Source: Podarcis liolepis (taxonomy: Eukaryota). From it: a stretch of 64,000 nucleotides of DNA. Of the stretch, positions 24,914 through 33,850 are shown in pieces. Position 1 is the stretch's first letter, and every line of letters begins with the position of its first letter. The DNA is taken from the NCBI GenBank assembly GCA_965112155.1, contig OZ218101.1; one strand, written 5' to 3'. A model generated the notes under the pieces. It saw only the letters and a list, made by a program, of their open reading frames with translations, did no database searches and was not told where the DNA came from. The translations under genes and the position numbers were made by a program.

Positions 24914-25940
24914 ATAGGATTTGGAGCAAGCCAATGTATTCCTCTGGAATGCTTTTTAAATAACTGGAAAACAGCCACGAAGAGTGATGATTTGGGGATT
25001 CAAATTGAAAAACAGAGACTCAAAACTTTATGTGAGGTGGACTTGCCAACCCAGGGAACTGCGTGGCTTTGATTTGCAATTAATCAACCCCCTGTGGCAA
25101 ATCAACCCCCTGTGGCAAAATATATTAAATGTCCACCCAGACCAGATCCCCTATATCTCTACATGGAAGACCAATGTAAAAAAAAAGAATCTACCATGGC
25201 TAAAGTCTTGCTGTGACAGCAACACACAGAACAGGATTTGTACAGTGAAGCCTCTGGTGTTAGAAGACCCAGAAGATGAGGAGAGGGGAGTGATTAAGCC
25301 ACCACCTTACACTCCACCAACAGCCCCCTCCAACCCCCCCCCCAGGCCAAAATCAAAAAGCACAGGGAGGTGCTGGTGTAGGGGGAGGAGGACCTGCGAA
25401 GGAAGATAGTGAGACGGAAGAAGAGGAAGATGAGGAAGATAACGAAGAGTTTAGGAAAACACTAGATGATATGAATCAAGGAAAGAAAATGTGGACAGAA
25501 AGACAGAAAAAGAGACTAAAAGGAGTTTGTAAAGCCATTTGAGGGAAAAAGTTGGATGTGAGCCCCTTGTTAGTTGAGACAGCAGAATACTGCACCCCTG
25601 AAAAGAGGAAGAGATGGCAACGTAAGTGGGGACAGGCGGCGAAGAGAGTTATGTCTCACAGACAGTATGAGAAAACCAGGAAGGATCAGGCAGCTGGAGA
25701 AATGCCCCTTCAGAGGGTTTATGATCCACCAGCCCCTGTCCCAGCTGGACAAACGAAGGCACCACGGTCCAGCATATACCCTTTTCAAGTGCAGATGTTT
25801 GTAATTGAAGAAATCAGAACCCCTCTTTTGAGGAGAATCCAGCAAAGATTGTAAAATTGTTTGAAGGGATTTTTTTAAAACCTATAATCCCACTTATGAT
25901 GATGAACAATATCCCCTGGACTCACTACTAACTACAGAAG
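24914..25940 (+). pseudogene. gag: ERV gag remnant (MA, late domain, CA N-terminus)
   Basis: (ATA)GFGASQCIPLECF..LKTLCEVD, HPDQIPYISTW, PPPY, PFSSADVCN*RNQNPSFEENPAKI. Start codon apparently ATG>ATA; frameshifts and stops; rest of CA/NC deleted. Confidence 0.88.
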
Positions 25941-28165
25941 CATTGCTTGGCCCCTGCATGAGTCAACTAGGGGAATAGAGAAGGATCCTTTTATATGGGG
26001 CAGGGAACAGCAGCAGGCTTTTCAGGGTCTCAAAGTGACATTACAACAAGCCCCAGTGCTTGGCATCCAAACCCCGAGAAGCTTTTTACCCTGTTCACAG
26101 ATGAAGACCAGGGGGGTAGCCAAGGGAGCCTCATGCCAGAAACTGGAAAATTGGCAGCAACCTGTCGAATACTTGTCAGAGAAGCTAACCCCAGCAGAAC
26201 AGAGGTTGCCCCCCCCCCGTATGAGAGTGATTGTGGCAGTGGCCACCCTACTCACAAAGGGCAGATAAATTCACGTTTGGACAGGACACCAGCTGTGTAA
26301 CTCCAAGAGGAAGTGCCAGATGCTGTTATTACATTCACGCCTGAAGTTTCAGGTTGCCACAGCCCTTAACCTAGCTACCTTATTACAGGTAGGAGAAGGT
26401 GAACAAGGGAGCTGCCCACTCAGTCTTACCTGTGCCTGTAACAAAACCCACAAACCAAGTGGTTAATATAATTAGAGCCACAGGTAAATCACAAAAGGCC
26501 CCATTTTTGCAGTCTGTTACCTGCTGCCTAGGTGGCCAAGTAGCCCAGCACAAAATTTTTGTATATACCAGAGTGTCCCATTCCTTTATTGGGCCGAGAC
26601 TTGTTAACAAAATTGCAAGCCCAGATTTCCTTCCAACCAATGGGGAAGTAATGATGACAACTGGACCAGCAGGAGAGTTTTCTTTAGAAATGCCCCTGAG
26701 AGACCATTGGTGCTTGATGATGGTAAAAGAAGAGGAGGGAATCCTCCCTGTTAGCCTGCTTCATGATGTTGACCCTGGACTATGGGTGGAAGATAAAAAC
26801 CAATACCCATCCCACGACAGGCAGCTGAAGGGGTGTGGGTGCATTTGAAGCGATTGCTTCAACATGGAATCTTGAAACAATGCCAATCACAGTGAAACAC
26901 CCCACTGTTGCCAGTGAAGAAGGAAGATGGTGGGTACTGCATATAGGCCCCAAAGTTCTGGAAAAAAGGAAAGGAAGAACAGGACTTTGAAAAACCATTG
27001 ACCCAAGAAACAGGGTCTAATTGGGAGTTCATGTTGCCCTTGGCTTTGCTTAGAGTCTGTAGCCTCCCATTGAAACGTAGTCGCTTGTCACCCTTTTGAA
27101 GTGATGTTTGGGAGACCGGTTCCTTATGTGTGCATGCTTTCACCTATCCCTGCTCAAGATATGGAATTGAACAATTATGTACAGTCTCTCTCTCGAGATT
27201 CTCTCTCTCAACCCAGGCCCGAACTCCTTGCGTGACCAGTTTGAGCCAAGTGACGAGGTGTGGATAAGACTGGTCCCAGGCACCACTGCAACCGTGCTGG
27301 AAGGGCCCATCTGCTCTCCACACCCACAGCTGTGAAGATCGCTGGCACCACCCCTTGGGTCCACCACATTCAAGTGGAGAAAGCTGCTTCAGATTGGACT
27401 GTGTCTCAGCATCCTGAAGATCCCCTCCAGTGACGACTGCCTTGCTGATATCACTCCAGAGGCTGATATCTCTACGCACGGTGAAGAATTGGATGGGAGG
27501 GGCGCCCACAGGCAGCGCCCCCAACGTAGACATTTGTTCTCCAGCCAATTTAGAGGCACCACCAGGACTTTTGATATTGGTACCAGAACTCACTCCAGAC
27601 GATGTGGAACCACGTTACACCCTTGATGAACAGCAGTGGACCAGCCAAGAAGGAGCAACGCTCCAGGAAGGACCAGACAGCCGTGTTTTTGTGCCCCAAC
27701 ATCTGGCCAGCACAATTGTAAAGAATTACCACGAGTCCACCCATTTGGGAGGCCCAGCTGCTAAAGCACACCTTGGGAGAATATTCTACCTCAACTAACT
27801 GCTGCTATAACTAACTGCTGCTATATCCCAAAATGTGCCCTGTGCGCCAACCAAGAGACTGAGAACTATCACCCTGTGAACTTCTATATGGCAGGCCAAC
27901 CCCTTTCGTCCGAGGCATCCCCGCCAGTTTGGGGCAGATGGGAGATCACATCACCCAAGAACAAGTGCAATCCCTGTGTTTGTTGTGTGTGTTTGCTTCC
28001 TTTCCAGGTATTCCCTCGAGCGTACACCTGCAGTCCCGCGGCAGTCTCGCTGAGCCGGTTCACCAGTTCCTCTGAGTGACAGTGTCTGGCGACCCCCTCA
28101 TCCCCAACTGCAGTGAAAGTAGTCGAGGTGATCCCCTGGGTACATCACACGCATCTGAAGAAGGG
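25941..28165 (+). pseudogene. pol: ERV pro/pol fragments, deleted and out of order
   Basis: In order: RT connection (FIWGREQQQAF..APVLG; LNLATLL), protease (VNKGAAHSVL; [16 protein letters not shown]), RT N-terminus (GILKQCQSQ*NTPLLPVKK), IN core (AYRPQSSG), IN CTD (TPTAVKIAG.TPWVH), IN zinc finger (YHESTHLG..CALC), second IN CTD (PTAVKVVEVIPWVHHTHLK). Confidence 0.88.
27975..28007 (+). promoter_or_regulatory. ERV env-type splice acceptor
   Basis: tgtgtttgcttcctttccag|G inside the integrase-derived region, the usual position of the env acceptor. Confidence 0.7.
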
Positions 28166-28340
28166 TGTCTGGACTTGCAAGAGAAATCCTGCTGACCCTC
28201 TGAAGTTGATCATCACCTTGTGTCTGACGCTACCAGGAAAAGCGTTAGGCCACGGGCAACGCGATCCTGCGACTAATCATCACAAGGACAGTTACAAAGA
28301 CTTTCTCTTTTCTCTCTTATTTTCTTTATTGACTTGCTCT

Positions 28341-28748
28341 ATGTCTTATTGCCCTGACCCTACCGAACCATACCGCCCTTATTGGCCTGCTGACCTCTGC
28401 TACGACTGGTTCGTCTTGCCGGTGGTAAGAGATGGCGTGCTCCTTGGCTATTGGAAACTGGGGTTTGATGAGATTACCGTATTGAGACACCCCACTGCCC
28501 CGTTGTGGCTCCTCTCCCACACCACTGACCAGCACGCGTGGACAGTGCTCTTACGGGAAGCTGCAGAGACAATCGAAATCTATCTAGTTCTGTACCGCTC
28601 TTGCTGTTGTGGGAGGGTAGTCAACTGTTATCCGGAAGGTAGAGCACTGTACCAACCTCATTTGATAGAACAGGTCCTACTCTTAACCCAGGTCATAGAT
28701 GGGACAGAACCTATCTTAATGCAAGTATTGCAGGGGTGGGAGCCTTAG
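28341..28748 (+). CDS. intact 135-aa ORF of unknown function in the env position (MSYCPDPTEPYRPYWPADLCYDWF...VLQGWEP)
   Basis: First ATG after the 28007 acceptor; no stops or frameshifts, unlike the neighbouring gag/pol; no motif I recognise. Confidence 0.55.
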   Translation: MSYCPDPTEPYRPYWPADLCYDWFVLPVVRDGVLLGYWKLGFDEITVLRHPTAPLWLLSHTTDQHAWTVLLREAAETIEIYLVLYRSCCCGRVVNCYPEGRALYQPHLIEQVLLLTQVIDGTEPILMQVLQGWEP

Positions 28749-29086
28749 CCAGATGTGCATTGAAATTACTAAACAAGTGCCAGTAAGAATTGCCACCCCA
28801 GGATTTCAGCTTCCATATGCTCTGGTCACTGGGGAGGCAGCACGAGAGTTCAATCCACCCAACAGGGTTAATAGAAAAATTGACCCACATAGTGGGAGCA
28901 TCAGCTCACCGGTGGGCTCTCATCCTTGAGGCTCAACAGGTAGTCGGGCACAAATATCAGTGGGCTCTTCAACAATGAGCACACCCCCTGAATATTGGTG
29001 GGAGGAACCATGGAGATATTGAGTTTGGTGGGTAGGAGTGATATGTACCGCTCTTGTCATATGGATGCTCTCGTATTTCTGTTGGC

Positions 29087-29248
29087 ATGAACGGTATCGT
29101 ATTTGTGGGAAGAATAGGCCCAATAATGCTTCTATTGCTTCTTTGCTTCTGTATACCCTGCTTGATGCAATGCCTGCAACATATGATGGGAAAGATGATG
29201 TCTCGCATGATGAGGGCCTCGCGTGATTGCTGTAATGAGAGAATATAG
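29087..29248 (+). pseudogene. env: env TM / cytoplasmic tail remnant
   Basis: 'IGPIMLLLLLCFCIPCLMQCLQHMMGKMM' resembles a class I env membrane anchor plus tail and lies just upstream of the PPT. No SU or ISD seen. Confidence 0.6.
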
Positions 29249-29286
29249 ACCCCTACCCCAGAACGAATCTAAGTAATAGATTGTTC

Positions 29287-29303
29287 AAAAGAAGAGGACG
29301 GAG
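29287..29303 (+). promoter_or_regulatory. polypurine tract
   Basis: AAAAGAAGAGGACGGAG immediately before the 3' LTR. Confidence 0.9.
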
Positions 29304-30001
29304 TAAAGGGAGATGGGAAAGGTTTCTCTTAATATTTTATTCTGTTGCTCTTAAATATTATCTACACATAATAAATTCCTGCACTCTGCTAAGATGGTTA
29401 AAACAGCCCAAAAATTGCAGTAGCTTGCAAAAGCCTAAACCAGCTACTTGAAACTGCTGATGCTAGCTACAGGTCAGAAGGTCGCTTCCTGCCTAGCCAG
29501 AAACTGCTGTTAACTAGAAAAACCACTAGCAAGATGTTTCCTGTTTTACTTCTGCTTAGTAATGCAAGAAGAAAACCACTAGCAAGATGTTTCCTGCTTT
29601 TACTTCTGCTTTTAAGTAATGCAAGATAGGAAGAGATACGAAGGAAATGCTTAACTAGCAAAAGAAGACACGTGTACAAGGAGGTGGGAGGGAGTGCTGG
29701 CTTAGCAGAAAGACAGGAATGATTTAGCAAGCAATATTTTGTGTTTAGCAAGCAATATTTGCTAGTCGATTGGGGAAGTCCGGCGGGTATAAGAAAGTCT
29801 GTTGAAGTGACTTGCTTTACAGCCAGAATATTTTTAGGAATTATCCAGTTGGCTGTCTCTGAGTACAGACCTTGACTCTGTGCACAGAATCTCAATAAAC
29901 TCTTTTTCTCCAAAGAAGATTTTGCTTTCCTGGTACTTTTGTTCCCTCCGAGGTCCAAGGGAACTGCGTGGCTAATGGATCCCTAGGTAAATAAGGCTTC
30001 A
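29304..30001 (+). repeat. ERV 3' LTR
   Basis: Identical to the 5' LTR by manual comparison except G23746 vs A29392. Confidence 0.97.
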
Positions 30002-30225
30002 GTACCTCGGGTTACATACGCTTCAGGTTGCAGATGCTTCAGGTTACAGACTCTGCTAACCCAGAAATAGTACCTCGGGTTAAGAACTTTGCTTCAGGAT
30101 GAGAACAGAAATCGTGGCAGCAGCAGGAGGCCCCATTAGCTAAAGTGGTGCTTCAGGTTAAGAACAGTTTCAGGTTAAGTACGGACCTCCGGAACGAATT
30201 AAGTACTTAACCCGAGGTACCACTG
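30002..30225. mobile_element. MITE family 1 copy split by the ERV (first 9 nt at 23649-23657)
   Basis: TA-CTGTGGTAC | ERV | GTACCTCGGGTTACATACG...GGTACCACTG-TA. Confidence 0.92.
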
Positions 30226-31477
30226 TAGTAGTAAACAGTTACAGTAAGAGGACCATTCAACAAGAAGAACAGGTTAGACAACCCTAATTATGAACAAATT
30301 CCTTGATATTCAAATCTTTAAAATACAGGCTTCCATACTTCCAGCAATAAACTAACCAATTGCAATCCTGTACCCACGAGAATAAGCCCCACTGAACTCA
30401 ATGGAACTTATTTCTGAGGAGACATGCAGTGGGTTGCACTGTAAATCTAATACTGTGCAAGCACCAGTGCAAACAAGAGAACCTATGAGAAGAGAATAGC
30501 TTTAATTAACCGAGGGATCTGTGAATGATGGTAAGATATGTTTACATGCTTGCCATCTAGAGGCCAGAAGGCAAAAGTGTGGGGGTTTTTTGAGGAAAAA
30601 GTTGGCACTGAGCATGCTCAAGGCCTGTGTTCTTGGGAGCGGTTCCAAGATGGATGCCAGAGTAAAAACTGTATAAAATAAACCAAGAAATAAAAGCCGC
30701 TATAGTTCATCTTATCACTGTAGCTTGCATTCACTGTTCTGCCCTGCTGTCCACTTTGGCATACTGCTGTGGCTGCCTCCAGAGAAGCCTTTAGCGCTTC
30801 CTGGCTTCCTCTTGAAATTGCCCCATTTCTGCCCAAACTATTGCTGTAGCATTTGCTGATGCAATTGATTCCTGCCCTGTGTTCATATTATTATGAATGC
30901 AGTGCTTGCATCTTACTGGTGGTGCTTGGAACGAAATCTAATTTAGCTAAAGCTTAATTCTGAGCGTCCCCTGGGGAACCAGCAGTAACTGTGTGTGTCC
31001 GTTACAAATGGAACTTTTTTCCTTACTTCGTTACTCATCGCAAAGAAGCACAGGGCAGGCTGCCATATTTTTCTCAGCATGAAGGGCACTGTGAGGTAGA
31101 TTCAGGGGTAGATCAGTCTCAATAGCAAAGTAAACATTGAAAATCTTGAATACGCTGGACTAAAGCTGAGCCACTAAACACCAGGTACTGAGCTCTTGTG
31201 CCTCAACACCGGGATGGGGAATCCTCAATTTAATCTGTTGTACAGCACTAGCTGTTAAAAAATAGTGAATTCACACTGTGCACACACGTAGCTATGTGTA
31301 TTGGGGGGCAGTTGCTCTTTGCTCTGGGAGGGGAGCAATGGGGGGCTGGGCTTTTTTTCTAGGCAGCAACAGCTCCCCGTCTTTTTGTGGCTGTATGGTT
31401 CACAATACTCAGGATTAAATATGTCTTGGTTCTTTATTGGCCAGGAGGTGTTGGTGCAAATAAAATAACTCTTCAGT

Positions 31478-32340
31478 AGGGAGCCTCTGAATGCAGAAAG
31501 GATTGTGCTACTTGCAATGATTGAAAATATTTCACTGGCTCCAAATCTGGACAGTACCTACACAAACCAACTGTGTAGGTACCTACACAAACTGTGTTGT
31601 ACCTGTGTGACATCTCTTCGGAGACAGGATCTAGCCTGTCCACTTGCTTGGGAAAAGGTCTTGAGAAAACGCAAGCAGGAGCAGTGTCCCAGGAGACATC
31701 CAGAGTCGAATGTCTGTATGTTCTGAATGTGACAAGAGCTTTAAGTTGGAGCATCAGACTTGGTCCTGCACCGGAGGACGCACTTTGGAGAAAAGCTCTT
31801 TAAGTGTACTGAGAGCTCACATCTCACTCGGCCCCTGAGAATTCACACTGGACAGAAACCATATATGTGTCATGAGTGTGGGCATAGCTTCAATCAGAGA
31901 TCCAATCTTACCAAACATTGGAGAATACATGCATGTGCAACATGTGGAAAAATAATCAGTGCCAGCTCCGCCTGTAGCAAAGGATGCACACAGGAGAGAA
32001 GCCATAAAAGTGTCCAGAATGTGGGAAGAGCTTTAGCCAACCATCTCATGTCACTCATCACCAATGGATCCACAGTGGGGGGGGGGAGCCCTAAATGTGT
32101 GTGGAGCATGGGGAAAGCTTTGAGGAGGGCTCAGATCTCATTAACCACAGAAGAACCCACACTGGTGAGAAACCCTATAGCTGCAACCAGCTATACCTCA
32201 GTGGGTATTCCAGCCTCATTGAATGCCAGAGAATTCATACAGGAGAACATTCGTATATGTGTGATGATGCAGGAAATGTTTCGGGTTCCAGCCCAAGCTT
32301 CTGCGACATCAGAAACACTATGCTTGACATAATTAAATCT
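31478..32340 (+). pseudogene. degenerate C2H2 (Kruppel-type) zinc-finger exon
   Basis: HTGQKPYMCHECGHSFNQRSNLTKHWRIH, HTGEKP*KCPECGKSF and HRRTHTGEKPYSC in shifting frames, with lost Cys/His. Confidence 0.8.
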
Positions 32341-32379
32341 GAATGACAAATGCCCTTTGGTGGTGGGCAAGGGGTGCTC

Positions 32380-32780
32380 AGGCAGTATACAAAAACTAGA
32401 ACTGAAACATAATCCAGACAAGGTAGAGTTGATCATGCTGGGTAGCCTAAATACCTAGAAAAGGGATGGAAATGCCTGTGCTGAATGACTCCTCCACCAA
32501 CAGATCGAGTTTGTAGCTTATGAACATTCCTGGATCTAGGCCTCTTGGATAGACAAGTCAAGGCAGTTTTATCAGCTTTGACTGATTTACCATCTGTACC
32601 CTTTTCTGGGGCAGAGGGTCCTGCATACTGTTCAGGGCATGTCCTGCTAATTTACCAACTGGAGTAATGCGATGTCCTCTATATGTAACTGCCTTTGAAA
32701 GCTGTGCAATTAGTTCAGAATGCGGCAGCCAGATCAATCTCTGTTGTTAAAACTGCATGTGGCACTCCAGTTCTGCAATA
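32380..32780 (+). mobile_element. decayed L2 RT fragment
   Basis: NPDK.E and VQLVQNAAAR motifs. Confidence 0.55.
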
Positions 32781-33084
32781 TGCTGAGATATGACTGAACA
32801 TAGCACATCTGTGATCTGAAACCTTTCTTGCAGAAGAAAACAGGTGGACTAACACTGGGAAGGAACAGTAGGTCAGGCAGACTCACCATACTGATCAGCT
32901 GTAACAAAAAGCTGGGTTTGTTTCTTCATGCTAATGTGCTAAGTTCTAAAGCTGTGGCATGGAACAGAAAAATGAAGGTGAAGCACATCACCAGGGTTGC
33001 TCTTAATATTGTAAATATTAAGTACAGAGGGGGGGAGAGAGAAATTGCTTTATAACTACTTAGCAAAACTCTTTGAAGTAAAGC

Positions 33085-33850
33085 TGTTATGTACTGAGCT
33101 GAATCCTAGAACAATAGGATCCAGAATGCAGCAGTCTGATTGGTCCGCAGGAGCCACCCAATCCAGCTCCAGATGGAAGCGAATCAGCAACCTGATTGGC
33201 TTGCAGGAGCAGCCAATCAGGCTTCTGAAGGAGGTAAATCCGCAACCTGATTGGCCTACAGGAGCAGCCTGGAATTAGCCAATCATGCGGGGCCCATTGT
33301 GCAAATAATGTATAAATACCTGTAGCTAGATGTTTTGGGGAAAGATTCATTCATTGCTACTATGAGCTGAATAATGAGCATGAAATTCACACTTGACTCC
33401 GAGTATATTTCACTGGCGACGAAGGTGGGATTCCACTGAGCTGACTGCCACGCACAGCACCGCAGCACGCCACACTGCTGCATCGCACCATGCAGCCAGG
33501 CTTCAGCTCTGGGACCCAAGGAACTCAGAATGGCAACCGACAGTAGCTTCTTGCCGTTCAACCCAGCATCAGGAGACTGGGAAGGGTACGCCACCCGTTT
33601 CAACTTCCTCCTAGAAGCTAAAGAGGTCACCAACGATGCCACAAAGAGGGCGACATTCCTCAGCGTCTGCGAAGAGGAGGCGTTTGAAATTGCCCAGGCT
33701 CTCCTTGCACCTGAAGACGTCGCTACCGTTTCTTACAAAACAATAATGGAACGGCTAAAGGGGCACTTCTCGCCGCAGCCCTCAGTGGTAGCTTGCCAAA
33801 ATGCCTTCTAAGCAAAGCGGCAAGCCCCTGGGGAAACCATAACCGGATTT
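33085..33850 (+). mobile_element. 5' part of a Ty3/Gypsy LTR retrotransposon (LTR 33085-33412, PBS 33414-33431, gag start 33530)
   Basis: TGTTAT...TTTCA LTR with repeated CCAAT boxes; PBS TGGCGACGAAGGTGGGAT (tRNA-Ser(GCU)-like); gag 'FNPASGDWEGYATRFNFLL..KRATFLSVC..LKGHFSPQPS...*AKRQAPGETI'; truncated. Confidence 0.85.

Larger units (their letters stand above)
23658..30001 (+). mobile_element. young, coding-defective gammaretrovirus-like (class I) endogenous retrovirus, 6344 bp
   Basis: Paired 698-bp LTRs, GTAC TSD at 23654-23657 and 30002-30005, PBS-Pro, PPT, and gag/pro/pol/env-TM remnants. Confidence 0.97.

Noticed and set aside
28113-28340. N-terminal 76 aa of the listed 211-aa ORF
   Set aside because: GTG-started and begins with integrase CTD remnant; the first ATG is at 28341.
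33130-33300. Spaced CTGATTGG/CCAATCAG repeats resembling an array
   Set aside because: CCAAT-box repeats in a Gypsy LTR. The DNA is eukaryotic, with no CRISPR-like repeat-spacer structure.
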